DNA of 63,957 nt, the filler included, from Octopus bimaculoides (taxonomy: Eukaryota): the NCBI RefSeq assembly GCF_001194135.2. It is 7 parts of 7 records of this genome, joined end to end, with 100 filler letters (N's around TTAATTAATTAA, not from the genome) between each part and the next. Parts side by side here need not be neighbours in the genome. Positions count along the whole stretch, not along the records: positions 22,348 to 39,171 come from NC_068995.1; positions 39,272 to 52,676 come from NC_069006.1; 5 more parts are not named here. One strand, written 5' to 3'. Numbering within the stretch: position 1 is the first letter of the stretch; each line of letters starts with the position of its first letter. A program made the position numbers and the translations under genes. The notes under the pieces were generated by a model. That model searched no databases, was not told where the DNA came from, and saw only the letters and a program-made list of their open reading frames with translations. This document shows positions 25,016-39,575 of the stretch, in pieces.

Positions 25016-27330
25016 GGGGTGGTAATGTTGTGTTGGTGTGGTCGACGATGTTCGTGATGAAGAAATTGAGGGAGATGGAAGTGGGCGGTTGATAGACAAC
25101 TAATTGTAAGATGATAATGATAATGATAAAGGGGAGGAGGGGGAAGCAAGTGAAGAGGGATGAATGCGAATAGAGGAAGAATGGGAGAAGACAATGATGG
25201 ACTGCAATGATTAATTCAATAAATGTTTTATGGTGGCAAAAATAAATTAGTGAGTTCACGTTATTTAGAGATGACGAGTGGATTCTCAAAGATGAAAACC
25301 TAGGATTTTAAAGACAGATAAGTTTCCGATTGAAACCATTTTCACCTAAATAACATTGTTGTTTGTCTTGGAAGGAAACATACGCTATACTTATGAAAAA
25401 CACCTGCGATATTTTTATATCCATAAACCAAAAGGATACATAAGATATGAATAATCAGAAAGAAAATATTTTGAAGAAGAACGACTGACTGGAACACGTA
25501 CATTAAAATTGATTTCCTTTAATAATCTTTCATTATATATATATATGCAATGAAAGAGACGGAAGATGGAAGATACGAGAATGCTTATTAATCACTACAA
25601 TTGTTTTGATCCATCTAGCATCTATCCCTCACGGGTGGGATACGTAACTAGTTTAGGAATATCCGACAGTGTAGACGTGTCTCTTCAAGTAATTACAAGA
25701 TGTATCCCTTTAAAATAACGACTGTCCCGCAACATATCTTCTTGGTTTGTGAATAAAAAAGTAGAAAATTAAAGGATACAGCTTCATTTTTATTTAAAAT
25801 TAATAATAAATAACATATGTCAAAATATTCCTTAATCTTCTCAAAATAGAAGATTAATTATGAAAGCCATATTCATTGCAGAACAATACCAAAATCAACA
25901 GGCAAGCAACACACTTCAAAAAATTAATACCTAGCTGCTAACATAAATATCTAACGGTCAAAAATCTCTAGCAGGAAAGCCTACATAAATCCAACCAGCA
26001 TATATGAAACAACACAGACTCCAAATACATTGAAGTCTTGGAAATGAGATTCTGAAGCCTTGGAAATGTCGAATATAATAACAGAACTTTACTGTCCCCA
26101 ATAAATTGTAAGAGGTTAATAAAAATACAGTCTAAAATATAAAAGATAGAAGTTGAATATGGTCATGCATAAAAGAAAAGCTTTTCCCAATTTAATGAAG
26201 CATGCGAAAAAGAAGAGGTTTTCAATACTTGTTATATACACGTCAGTATGTATGCTTGTATTAAAATTAAATTCCAAGTAAATAGATATGTACTGAGCCC
26301 ACTATTCAGTCAATTTTCATTGCTTTATGCATTTTGAAATACTTCCTTTACAAATATACATAAATATATATGTTAGTGCATGCATGTACAATATATATGA
26401 ATGTGATGCATGTAAAAGCACAGGTATAAGCATGTGTGCGCGCGCGTGTGTTTGTGCACCTAAGTGAAGTCTCGTAGCGTAATGACTTGTGTGCTGACCC
26501 CACGCTCATTAAGGTTTGATTTCTAGAATGGACAACGCATTGCATCTTTGAGCAAGGTACATCATTTGCCACTCTTCAAGTCTACTCTGTTGAAAACGTG
26601 TATCAGTCTAAGGCTGATACAGTTTTTCCTCTCTCAATGAGTTACATCTTTGATATTGCGCAAGGTAAATGATGGGAGAACCAAGAGAATGTCTACGTCA
26701 GCTTACAAATACAGAGACACTTATTAGCGAAACTACGGTGCATATTAGCAGTCGAAAATAGCTGGATACAAATGCAATCTCAAGTTTTCTATGCAGCAGG
26801 ATTTAAACTAAATATGCTGTATAATTAACTGCAGAAATAAAAAAATAAGCAGATGTACTAATCTCCGTATTCGTTGTAATTGTCTTGGATATCCACACTT
26901 AGATATTTATAATCCAGCGAAACCAACCCAGGATTTACCCAATTGATGAATTAGAATAGGATTGCTCACTTTAAGTAATCCTAGGTGCTCCTTACAAGGT
27001 GATGCAGTTAGCCAGAAACCGGATTATAACAGAGGTCATACGGTACCCGCCTCGATAATTTATCCTTATCCAACTGAAAATTTCACCAATAAAACGAAAA
27101 GCGAAAGCCATTTCAATATTGCTTTGATTTTCTTTCTTGCACACACGTGCGTGTGTGTTTAGCAAAGACAATCAAAGCTATATTGGAATAGCTTCCGTTG
27201 TTTGTTTTATTTGTGAAACTTTCAGTGTCCGTTTATTTGAGTGCAATACTATACAATTGACAGAATAACAAATCTTGACTAACTAAAGCAAACATGTCAA
27301 ATTTGTAAATTTGTATAACATTGACATCTA

Positions 27331-27597
27331 CGATGTGGCATCAAAAAGTTCCCTAATTTGTTATGTTTAATAAAAAAAATAATAACTTATTTATCTAAAT
27401 TTTAACAGCATCTCCTCCGAAACAGTCACCTTGCGCAGTAATACACTGGTCCCAGTATTCTTGTGACCTTTGGAATTTGGCCACTCGGCATACTGTCTCA
27501 TAAGTTTTACAACTAGCTCTCATTCCGCACGCAACTGTGTGCTGCCATCTGTTGGCGCGCTACAGAATAAATCTTGGAACTCTTTGATACCACATCG
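27331..27597. mobile_element. Mariner MITE related to the element at 44879-45688
   Basis: 22-bp TIRs cgatgtgg(c/t)atcaaa(a/g)agttcc with TA on both sides. The right ~70 bp match the terminus at 45615-45688. Confidence 0.88.
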
Positions 27598-27719
27598 TAC
27601 ACTTGAAAAACAAGAGATACAGGGGAGCACGCGAAAATTTATTTTCCCACGAGAGTTCCAGACCCCAGTTATGAACTCAATTGCATACAGCCAGTCAGAG
27701 CTCAGCTATCAAACTAACT

Positions 27720-29050
27720 TATGAGCGCATAACAAGTGATGGGCGATAAGATAAGTCCAGCTCTCTGCTCTTCCCATGGCCCTAACACTAGAAACATCTT
27801 TCATATCACGCTTTGGGTGCATCCAGGCGGTTTTATATTTATTTTTCTGCTTAAACAGAGTGTTGGTAACAACCAGATTATTCTCAGTACAAAAGGTAAA
27901 AAGAGCTACTCCATTTTTATTACATTTTCTAATGCCATATTGGCCATGAAATGTAATCATTTCCAAATCTTACGCTGAAATTTCCCAATATATCCAGCTT
28001 GTCAGAAATTGGTACTTTCCTCAATAATTATACTAGATCATCTTAAATTTGTCCTAGTTTCGTCAGAATGAGACATTGTTGGTGCATAAATACTGACAAC
28101 GGTAAGAAACCTACCTTTTGTCAGTTTTATACGGCATGACATGGTCAGTTCAAATATACCTCTTGGAAATTCTGCAATGGAGGATACTAATGAATTATTG
28201 AGAGAAAACCCAGCACCAGATTCTCTACGCTGACTCTCAGGTAGGCCTCTCCAGAAGATGGTATATCCACAAGTAGGCTCACTTATTTGACCCTCACCGT
28301 AGAGATGAGTTTCAAAGGGTGCAACTATATCAAGGGAATATTATTTAAGCTCACATGCAATAAGTGCAGTACGCCTTTCTGGCCTCTTATTGAAATTATC
28401 CAACAGCCAAAATTCAGAGGATGTTTACTTTTACTTCTTTTTGAAGATTGTTTGACCACAGTGGCCGGATGACGACCGGGCCCAGCCTGTGACACATTGG
28501 GACACCTGTCGAGCCAGACATGTTCCCCTGAGGTTTCGAAGCCTATTTTTGCCATTTACTGAATCTGTTTGAGATATTTCAAAGTAAGTTGCAAGTGCAT
28601 TTTTAATTTTCTGCCAACCAATTCAATGATTTTACTAAGATTTGATGTACAAGAAGTTTCTGTACAGATGAATAATTTTCAGCGGGTGTAGCACTGCACT
28701 ACCCCAGCATATTGGCTCAAGAAGACTTTCGCTCGCTGGTGTGACATGAGAATTGACTAAACCGGGAACTTCCAAGGCCTCAGGCTTTATTTTGGAGATT
28801 TCTTTCTCCTAGGTAGATTACCAACTAAGGTTAAAGAGCTTCTACCTGCCCATGAGGTAGACTATCCCGTGCCAGACACCAAACCGACAGCCAAAAGCTC
28901 CGTAGAGTGATTAAATGTCATTCTGGGGTCTGACGATATATAAATATCTACACATACTTGTTGGATGACCGTTAACTACTCATGACTCCCTCCACCCTTT
29001 GACGGGTCTTACTTTTCGTCCCGCAGGGTGGCCAACAATCCCAGTGAGTA
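27720..29050 (-). mobile_element. RTE-clade LINE 5' fragment (5' UTR plus apurinic endonuclease)
   Basis: RRESGAGF, VSIYAPT, LGNFSVRFG (for LGDFNARVG) and G.YGI.KCN.NG..LFTFC.EN.LV.TNTLF...YKTAWMHP; many stops. Confidence 0.8.
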
Positions 29051-30377
29051 CCCGATTTCTCTCATATGTCTAGAAAGCATTGCTGTGAATGAGGTAGCAA
29101 ATATTAGGCGACATTATGAGACGCACCATTGTGAAAATTTTAGGACATTTACTGGACAAGCAAGAAAAGATAAAGTTGATCGATTGAAGTCTAGTTTTGG
29201 AAAACAAACGTCATTTTTTAAAAACAGAAAAGGCAAAAATGTGGCAAATACAATTGCCAGCACTGAAGTCTTAAAGCGCGTCGTTGAAAAGATGAAACCT
29301 TTTATAGATGATTATTTTTTTAAAGACTGCTTATTGGCAGTGTTGGATAATGTTTGTCTAGAAAAAAAGTTTTTATTTCAAACTATCAGCCTGTCTCCGA
29401 GGATGGTCACACGGTGGTTTGATGTTAAAAATCAATTAATCAACGCCTGCAGTGAATTACAATATTTTTCAATTGCAGTAGAAGAGAGTACACACTTAAA
29501 TGAACTGCACAACTTGCTGTCTTTGCGAGGAGTGACTTCAACTTTTCAGATCTTTGAAGAATTTATTCAGTTAATTCCTATGAAGAAAACCGTAACCAGA
29601 GTAGACATCTTTGAAGCTTTGTTGAAAATGATATCAGAAATTAAATTTGATTTTTCGAAGTTAATTGGCGTCACAACTGATGGTGCACCTCGAGAAGGTG
29701 TACCAAGTCTTTGAAATTTAAGAATGTTATGGATATTGTGAAGGCCGTGAATCTGATCCTATCTCGTGGATTAAATCATCGTCAATTTAAACCTTTTGCT
29801 AGATACTGAGCCAGAATATGGTGACCTTGCTTATTTCTGCGAGGATCAATGCTAAAAAGAGTACTTGCCTTACACAAAGAGATGGTGATATTTCTCGAAA
29901 GCAGACGTGCGGATAGTTCACATTTTCGAGATCCTGATTGGCTTGCAACTTTGAAAAAGATGGCACCTTCGTTTGGAAGAACTTATCAGTGTGAGCAATT
30001 ATTTTCTAAATCGAAGCAAACTAAAAACAATTTGAGAACAAGATTAACTGATATACTTATTGATAATATCTTGCTCTTGGCACCAAGTTTGAAGCCTAAT
30101 GTTGAGAAACTTTCTGGGAACAAAAAACATCACGTTTCCCATTAATTTTGGGCTGTTATATATTTTTGAGATTTTTTTGAACAAATGATTCCAACGAAGT
30201 CTTAGATTGAATAAATGATGTTTTTCCATTACTACATTCATCTGTGGTTAATACACTCGTGTTTAAAATTTAGCTTGTGTAATTTTCCATAATTATTATT
30301 TGTGGCCTTCATCCGGCCCGCTATCCGTCATTAATACTCGATCCGGCCCGTGGAAGCAAAGAACTTGCCGACCTCTG
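29050..30377 (+). mobile_element. Second decayed hAT (GTF2IRD2/SPIN-like) transposase with right TIR
   Basis: LICLESIAV...RRHYETH, FSIAVEES, LIGVTTDGAP, FGRTYQCEQLFS and the C-terminus KHHVSH*. Subterminal atccggcccg repeats and TIR gaacttgccgacctctg at 30361-30377. Confidence 0.88.
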
Positions 30378-31229
30378 CGTTAAAATCACTCTATTTCTCG
30401 CCTAATATCCAAATTAACGTAGACTATATCTAGATCTATTCAGCAAAACGAAAGGAATTGCTGGCATCATAATTAATAGCTACTAATGATTAAAATCTAT
30501 TATAAAATAAACAGAAATCAATTAGAACATAAGAACATGCTCACTAGTTTTCCGATTATATGAAGGGTCAGAAATTAAACTGGATTTTCGAATTTCCGTT
30601 TAACTGTCTTATTCTGTAGCTATTTATTTCAAATGTCCATATTGAACAATAACAATGTGGAAGATGAAGGGAAGTTAGCGTTTAAAGACACCATAAAGTT
30701 TCAACTATAACAAAACTACAATAAATACAAATTGTAAGAATTAACAGTCAGGCTAACTAATTGCCGACACAAACCGTAACTACTTTCTTCGGATCTTATG
30801 TTCGTTTTTATAACCGCTCGTTATTTTTGCTCAATAAAAAAAAAAGTTTATTTGGAGTATAATTATCCAAGTCTACCACTTCCTCTTTCCGGTCAATTTC
30901 ATCTATTACTGATTGAACTTTTTTACTGCATTTTTTTTCTCTCTTATTTTTTATTTTATTTTATATATTTACTGGGTTTTTTGTGTGGATGGATGCTCTC
31001 TGAGAAAAACATTGATATAGAATTAAAGCAATATAAAAACCGAATAATAAATATTTCAATTATTTATATTCCTTGAGTATTTATTTATTCCGGAGTTGTG
31101 CTTTGCGACAAAATGACTTGATCTGAAATTGCATGTTAAAACTGAAAGAATTACACCACAGGTGAACTATGATTTGTTACTTAAATGGTTTTTTAAAAAT
31201 TATTTTCTGGGGAAGAAGGAGGGACAGTG

Positions 31230-31620
31230 CCCATGGCCTGCGCGCGGCCGTTGAGATTAATGCCGTTAATGTTCTTGGATCATTTAAAAAAGACATGAGC
31301 GAAGTGAGTTCTAAAGGTTTATCTTCTGGGAAGGAAGAATTGGGGTAGTACTTCGGGCAGATCTTGATTGGAATAAAAGGAAAGGAGGAGAGACAAGCGG
31401 ATCCGTAAGTCTCGAGTGAAGCTGGTATGAGCTCAGATAATTAAAGTAACGACACAAAAGGAAACCAGAATAAAGAGGTTGGAGCATGTCAATGAATAAC
31501 TTTATGCCACGCGGCGTTGTGACTATTTTGGGGACATGCTTTAGGATCTCCGTGCCTGCGGCAGCAGCAGTCCTGTTCCAAATATTGGAGCAATACTTCA
31601 CAGGGAACCTCACATGAGCT
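31230..31620 (-). mobile_element. CR1/L2-like LINE reverse transcriptase 3' relic
   Basis: AHVRFPVKYCSNIW and LQPL...LLCRYFN..S..LHS resemble the post-RT region of CR1/L2 elements. Confidence 0.55.
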
Positions 31621-31729
31621 CTATAATGTCAATAACTTCTGTTTCTCTCTCTCTCACACACACACATATTCAATTTATATGTTTTATAGTAGTTTGTGAT
31701 ACTATAAAATATAAAATAGTTATTCTTGT

Positions 31730-33000
31730 TATTATAAGTCAGTAATATGGTACTGGGGCTGTAACCAGTTTAATTAAACTTCTTTTAAACCACAATTCGT
31801 AGTCCAGTTACTTTCTCTATAACAGTCTTTTCTTTTTCCTTTTCTTGACTCCCGTAACAAGTGGGCGAACCACATCGTTTACAATGTTTCTTCTTCTTCT
31901 CAACATCTACAATATCTGGCTTATTGTGTTCTACTTTTCATTCGGCTTGTATATGAAAGTTCCATAACACTCTCACTTCATCGTTTTGAGGATCTTCATT
32001 TTTCTATCCCCCCCACCAAATGACTACAGCTCTTTCCTGTGCATGCAAAAATGAATTTCTTTCAAAATTTTAGTGAAGTATAGCTGCAATATAACCATAC
32101 CTATAATTTTTGTCTTCATTTTGAATTAACAGTGAACATTCTGATTCGACGTTAGTACTAGCTTTAACTGATTCATTGTGCATTCTACATTTAGTAAATA
32201 ATCCTGCAGACCTATCATATTCTTGATCCAATTCACCCGTAAGACCTGCTCCTGTACCACTAAAATCACTTGCTCCTGTTTCTTCCTTCTATACTTCTTT
32301 CTTTTTTTTTTAGCCTAAATCAGTTACACTTTATCTCCTTTCGTTTTGAAAAACACTAAATAAAGCTCATTTTCATCAATGATTAATTTACTTTTTTTAC
32401 ACATATCACTGTCTTCTTTTCATGACCACAAAGGTTGTAAATAGTCCTTTACGTATTACCTCTTTAAGGAGTCTATATTTAAAAAACAGAAGCCTAGTCA
32501 TGTTTATGTTTGTTCCATTATCTCTTCGACACTGATTAATACTCCTCCTACTTCTGCTCTTTTCTACTATAACCTGTCCACATCTGATTAGGGTGCTTGC
32601 TTCTTTGCATTGTGAGATACTTCGTCTTTCTGTTCATATTTATACATCACCTTTCTCCCACTCAAATTTTCCCTCAAGTTGATTACTTGTATGACATTTC
32701 CCGCATTATATTTATGTTTTAAAATATTCATTCAACAAAAGTATTCTTTACTGAGGACTTTTCCGTTTTTATACTTTCGACCTTATCCCTTTCTAGTATT
32801 CTTCTACATTTCATGATTTTATTGTTTCACCATCAGGTAGATCTTCCATTTCAACTCGATCATAGCACATTTCTCGATTTCGCATGTCAGCCCAATGTCA
32901 CTATTAAATATTCTTATGGTTTACAGTAAGGAATCCATTGAATTCTAAGCTTTGCTATAAGGTTTTAAATAACCCATAAACAAGAATTTACTCACTTTCC
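31730..33000 (-). mobile_element. R4/Dong-like LINE relic (RT end to restriction-like endonuclease)
   Basis: Frame-shifted motifs DVDRL..R..GG..LISVE, QEQVLRVNWIK and ENDEVRVLWNFHIQ...HNKPDIV. Confidence 0.65.
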
Positions 33001-33065
33001 CTTATGCAGGAACATCTACTTAGAATGCTCAACAGATGTATATTTCATCATCATCATCATCATCA

Positions 33066-33128
<63 letters not shown>

Positions 33129-33135
33129 CATTATT

Positions 33136-33350
33136 AAGGCGGTGAGTTGACAGAATTGTTATCACGCCAAGCCAAATGCTTAGTAGCATTTCGTCCGTCT
33201 GCATGTCCTGAGTTCTAATTCCGCCGAGGTCAGCTTTGCCTTTCATCGTTTCTGGATCAATAAAATAAGTACCAGTGGAGTACTGGGGTCGACGTAATCG
33301 ACTTATTCTCCTCCCCGAAATTGCTGGACTTGTACCAAAATTTGAAACCC
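33136..33350 (+). mobile_element. SINE family C
   Basis: aaggcggtgag(c/t)tg...ttctgagttc..attccgccgaggtc...ctttgcctttcatc...aataagtaccag. Copies at ~35278-35492, ~35705-35885, ~35896-36062 (+) and ~49255-49475, 52020-52243 (-), plus many older fragments at 14560-16200. Confidence 0.85.
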
Positions 33351-33399
33351 TTATTATTTTTATTACTATTAATCGCTTAACTTCTGATTAATCTATGTC

Positions 33400-35200
33400 T
33401 ATGTCACGTCTCAGCTCCATCTATGCAGCTTAACGATGCAACACTTTCCTCATCACATGAGTTTTTCCAAGTATTGTGGCTATCTGAATACTTCCTAAGA
33501 AGTTAGTTATTTGTAGCCTTTGATGTCAGAATACCGCTCTTTTTGAGATGGTTTCAAGCGCACCAATCACAATAGGTACCACACTTACTTCTGGAGTTCT
33601 ATCTATCTTTTTCACTTCCAATCTCGCCTTCTGTCTTAATATTTTTGGTCTCAGGTCCATTCATTGGACTCCATTAGGAGCGTGATATCTGATCGGTCAT
33701 GTTGCAGATTTTTGCCTGCGTATATTGGCATATCCCACAAGAGTTTCATCTGATCATTCTCTGCTACCGAAAAAGGTTGGTGCTCATATCACTTATTGGA
33801 ACATTCTAGCCCATATTTCTTGCACATCTTCCAATATATTCGCACTGCTACTTTGTCATGCCATTTTTGTATTCCTTTTGGACTAGTTTTGAGCATCCAC
33901 TAATTATATGTCTAACTGTCAAAGATGGTTTTCCACAAAGGTGAATCTGCTGTTTTATCAATGCTACACTTAATAGTGTTTTTGAATTCTTCTTTCACTT
34001 CATGGAGTCAGGGTGCTCTGTTGTTGTGCTTGGCATTCCGTGACGAGATCTCACTCCAAAACGAAATTGCTTCTTCGGGATCAGGTAACTGATCTCTTCC
34101 ATCCAGAGTCTCGTAGAACAGCCTCTGATTTGTTTTAAACAGTTAGTTTTGTTTAAACTGTAGACATCTTTCCTAGTATCGTTTGATCTTAACTGCACTC
34201 GTTTTAACCTTTTGTTTTAATAAATGCGATATAATCAGAATGCCCCTCTCTGCTACATAATATTTCTTATTCATGTAATTCTGCTCTCTTTCATTGAGCC
34301 TCATATTTTAACATAAGCAGTGGTATACATGAAAGAATTAAATTCAGTGTTATCCTTAACTGGAAATTTCATGACAACTTCATTCGCTTGCCTGAATTCC
34401 GATCTTAACTTTACTCTATCACATGACTTCAATGATGGTAACCTTTTCCCTTCCTCAAGTAACATTAATTCCAGAATTCTTTCGCAGAGAGTACCTAGTT
34501 CCGGGCAAATTTCTTCCGGTGACTTTCCATTTAGAGGTACATTAATATCTTCTATATATTGTAGACACCCTCTCTCCATGTCCCAGCTTTCTCGATTCTC
34601 CTATTCTATGTACATTTCTTCTGGGCCAGTAGTTCTTTGCAGTTCCATTCCCACTTGCATTATTATCTTCTTTTGTTCTATTTTCTCTGATCACGTTTTG
34701 ATCTTAGTTTGCCTAATCTGATCAGCTAACCTTTGTCCACTCACATCTTTCAGTTCTTCACACTGATATTTTTTTCCAGAGCTCTAGTAACCTTTTCCTA
34801 TAGCTTCTGATTTACTCCTAATACAACAGTTGAACAATAATTTGTTCTCTTCCGTCCATTTTAATCTCCTTTGTTGCAGGGGTTCGGCAGTAGTTTAATT
34901 ACAACCGGATCTGCGCTGCTGTTTTGTAGGAAACCTACCGGATGCGAAACATTCGCTAAGGGGATGAACCTAGGATTTGGGGATTTCGCGATTTCCGGTA
35001 CAAAGCTTTTTGGTACAGGTGATGTGGGTGGGAATCGGTGGATGCACCGCTAGCAAGCAGGTTTCCTCACATTGAGTAAAAAGATAGCAAAACACAAAAC
35101 AGGCAAGATGAGAGAACAACTCTAAACTAAATTTTGCTAACGACGATAAGGAAAAGAGAAAAAAAACATTTGCATCTACTTGCATATTGACATAATAGTC
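33400..35200 (-). mobile_element. Internally deleted R4/Dong-like LINE
   Basis: N-terminal RRLKWTEEN motif and KRLPSLK; C-terminal HDKVA.RIYWK.CKKYGLEC, ENDQMKLLWD and VVPIVIGAL. Confidence 0.7.
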
Positions 35201-38200
35201 CTAGTTTAGACTAGAGTGCGTAAAACCCAAATGAAACAACTTCGATGTAAGAGTTTTTAATAATAAACGCCATTTCAAGACGGCGAGCTGGCAGAAACGT
35301 TAGCACGCAGGGCGAAATGCTTAGCGGTATTTCGTCTGTCTTTACGTTCTGAATAAAAAATTCCACGGAGGTCGACTTCGCCTTTCATCCTTTCGGGGTT
35401 GATAAATTAAGTACCAATTGCGCACTGGGGTAGATCTAAACGACTGGCCCCCCTCCCCCAAAATTTCGGGCCTTGTGCCTAGAGTAGAAAAGAATAATAA
35501 ACGCTATTTGATGGGCAGCGACAATTTCCAACGTTGAAGAAAGGAAGAGAGAAAAACAACCTTCAACTATACATTGATCTACACTACTAGTATAAAAAGA
35601 TTCCAACGATGTAGAAGAGAGAGCATGAGAAAGAGAGAGAGTAGGAAAGAGAGAGACAGTACAATATAAATGTCCAATTTTCTAAAATTGAATAGTAAGA
35701 TAGCAAAGCCAGCACGCCGGACAAAATGCTTTGCGGTATTTCATCCGTCTTTAATTCTGAGTTCAAATTCCATCGAGGTAGACTTTGTTTTTATCCTTCT
35801 AGCGTGGATAACACAAGTACCAGATGAACTCTGAGGGTCAATGTAATCGACTTCCCGTCCCCACGAAATTACTGGCCTTGTGTCAAGGTGATGTAAGGCA
35901 GCGAGCTGGCAGAATCTTTATCACGCCGGGCATAGTTCGAGTACTCCCGAGGTTAATTTTGCCTTTCATCCTTTCAGGGTTGATAAAATAAAGTTGCAGT
36001 AAAGTACTGGGGTTGATGTAATTTACAATCCTCCTAAATTAAAACTGCTGGTCTCGTGACAAAATTATAACAATTATTATTATCCACTGCACACCTATGA
36101 AAAACAGGCATATTCTACTTGCTGAAACAGAACTTTTACCAGAAATACTCGGATACAGGTTTCTTCTTATAGTTTGGAGTATTCTATTATCGAGATTGAC
36201 AAAAGAAAAATAAGGTCTGTTTTCTATATTTAAATTTTTTTTCTCTTACGTCACCAACAAAAGAATGCCCGTGAATATGTCATGCTACGCTCCTCCTTTA
36301 GAGGTAATTGAAAATGTACAAAATATTACATTTCGTTTAGAAAACAAGCAAAATGCAATATTATTTTAATTGTAGCGTAAAATATATAATAGTAAACAAG
36401 TAAACACAAACTAAAATAAAACACGAAATTTTAAATTTCGCTTCGGCTGCAAACCTGGACCGCGAAAAATGGTCTTGTAATAACGTTCTTTCCAAAAAAA
36501 AAAAAAAATTCCTCGATATAAAGCATTTTTCTGGAGGATCGAAAGCCTGGAACGTCTCGTACTTCGAGTCAAGGCCAGCCTTTCATAGTCAATTACAGAT
36601 ATTTGTGAGAGAAAATAAATGATTACTCTCTGTCTTGCCACACACACAAGTTACCTTCCTCTATCTTAACAAGAAGTGAAGTCAACCCTGGCAGATATTT
36701 TTAGTGAAATATCCCTCAATGGGAGAAAAAGAACGTGTAGCAATATGTCATCCTTAAACGGGTCGAAGCACAAGCATAAATAGTGCGCGATGCAGCTACC
36801 TATAATCTGGCTTCGCAGCATTTGGGAAAGAGGAACACAAAGATCACAGTGAAGGACATCGATGATGATTTCGACCCCTGACTTGTTAACTTCATAGTAC
36901 GATATAGCAGATGGTCAGTACAGATCTAACATTTGGCGATATGTCATCGGGAGGGACCACTAAGGATATGCGAGTCGTCATAACTCCACGAGACTATAAA
37001 ACAAAACCAGAACAGTGTCCTGTAGAGGGTAATATCAAGCCCACGAGTCAGAAAATGAAATTTCCTCATTCTCATAACTAGGTGAGCCATAGGAGTCAAA
37101 ATCTCACTCTCTCAGAAGCAACAGATGAAAACTAGAAGTCAACCACAGCAATAAAAAATAATACCAAACAACCAGGAAGTATCTCCTCATAACAATACTA
37201 ACCCATTCACTTATGAAAATGGAAACAAGACTAAGGTCAAGGGAGATAAGAAAACTTATGCTCAACAAAAGAAAAAAGGAAAACACCGGAAAATTATCCA
37301 AAAGTAAAGGTATACAAGAAAGCTATGAAAATTTTCTCCACCATGTAGGAATCAAATTGTTATGAAGGAGAATCAATGTTATGCGAGGAGAAATCAACCC
37401 CCGTCCAGAATAAAATAAAATTCACAATCATAGATTAGCAAGAAAAACAAAGTTCTAATAAGAGTCATGTATAATATATAAAATGAATATTTAAACGAAT
37501 AATGGATCACATTTTAACACCATAACAAAGACTATAATTATGCGAATTCGGTTTGTGAAAGGCAACAATTGTCCATGCAGCAAGTCTCCTTTCTTTCCGT
37601 GACATTCATGTCAGTCAAAGGAAAGGTAAGAGCCAATACAGCTCAGCTTCGATATCAAGAGAATCAACAAAAGAAATGTATTTATTTATTAATCTATTAA
37701 CATGTGCATATTGATATGTTGATGGATCAATCAATTAATCTATCTAAGCGTTCCTTAATTGTTTGCGGAACTAGTTTTCCTACCCTAAAAAATAAAAGCA
37801 ATTCATGTATTAAAATGTATGAGCCTGAGTGTTAGCTGTTCTAATCTTATGAATTTATTTTTCTTCACGGGTTTTCAAGGAAAATAAACCGCTGTTAAAT
37901 GTCAGTTTCCTTTTGATTGCAATGTATAGATTATTGAAAGTATGAAAATATATTTGTTTTATCGTTTCATAAGAGACTTCCATTGAAGGTTTATATGCAT
38001 GACATCTCATGGTAGCCTTAACACCAGAACTTGTCAATTTGTAAAATATAAATATCATCATGATTAGTTGCTTTCCAACTAATTTTATATGAAAGAAATT
38101 TAATATCATCTACCTCATAAACAAACCGCCTAAGCAAATTAAACAACTGAAGACCCGTGGCGAGATGAACACTTGTTGATGTAATTGCTTACCCCAGACT

Positions 38201-39271
38201 GACTAGTTATTATTTCTCAGACTCTCCAAACAATTTTCTACATCAAACCTGCATAGCAAATACTTTCAGGTTGTTTACTTCGATTCTTCAATAATTTTAT
38301 ATATTAGGTTCCACTACATGGCGTGGAAACTAAATGCAGTTACATCCACACATCTCCGTANNNNNNNNNNTATATATAATTCCAACGTTTCACTGTTTGC
38401 GAAGTTGTCACAGTACATTAAACAAAAGTTTAAAAAAAGAACGAAAAATCTCTCACTATCTGCCCTTCCGTTTTATTAGTGTTGGGTTTTTTTAGTATAA
38501 GGAACGGTTAATATACCAAAATATTTGGTGAGCTGGTGTGAAGTACTTTAATAAGATGTAATGGGTAACATATATATTTGTACATTATATATGTGAGTGT
38601 TTATATGTATATATTTGCACAGACATACAGAAGATACTGTTATGTTTTTATTAATTTACACAGCTGGTCTATAAACGATTATTTTGTTGATGGAAGATGA
38701 CCACCGCCAACAAAATTGCATTGCATTATATTTAATTGATTTCTAATATTGGCACAAAACCAATAACTATTCGAACGATTAAATCAACAGTAGTGATTGG
38801 CTGCTACTTATTTCATTTTCCCCTTCTTCAGACGGGAAAGAAGAGTCAACTCCGACCGTATTTGAACTCAGAACATTAAGTATCGTAATTCAACATGAAT
38901 ATCATTTGTACCCAGCAGTCTACCGAGTCAGCCATTCACTGTCAGTACTATAGTACAATGTATTATTGTGTATTGTGTTATAAAGAAGTGCAAGGCCCAA
39001 AAGTCTCCAGTTAGTCCTTTACGCTTTGAGGTAAAATCTTGAACGTATTGAATATAACTCTCATCTCTTTAGAGTAAATAAAAAATACCAGTCAAGTACT
39101 GAAGTTAACTTAATCTACAGTCTCCCTTCAATAATAATAATACTCAGCTTTACAAGTTAGCGATTATATATNNNNNNNNNNNNNNNNNNNNNNNNNNNNN
39201 NNNNNNNNNNNNNNNTTAATTAATTAANNNNNNNNNNNNNNNNNNNNNNNNNNNNNNNNNNNNNNNNNNNN

Positions 39272-39575
39272 GTTGTGAGTGTTTATTGAGCGAAAACACC
39301 TAAAGCTCCACGAGGCATCCTGCAGGGGATGGTGGTGAACCCTGCTGTAACTCTTTCACCACAACTTTCTCTCACTCTTTCTTCCTGTTTCTGTTGTGCT
39401 TGTAATTCAAAGGGTCAACCTTGTCACGCTGAATCTCCCCGAGAACTACGTTAAAGGTACACGTGTCTGTGGAGTGCTCAGCCACTTGCACGTTAATTTC
39501 ACGAGCAGGCTGTTCTGTTGATTGGATCAACTGGAACCCTCGACGTCGTAAGCGACGGAGTGCCAAACAAAACAA
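39272..39575 (+). mobile_element. SINE family B (head lost in spacer)
   Basis: Reverse complement of 59065-59443. Confidence 0.85.

Noticed and set aside
29028-29714. 228-aa ORF as a domesticated GTF2IRD2-like gene
   Set aside because: Its start lies in the antisense RTE 5' UTR and the transposase is deleted and frameshifted downstream; it is a chimeric relic.
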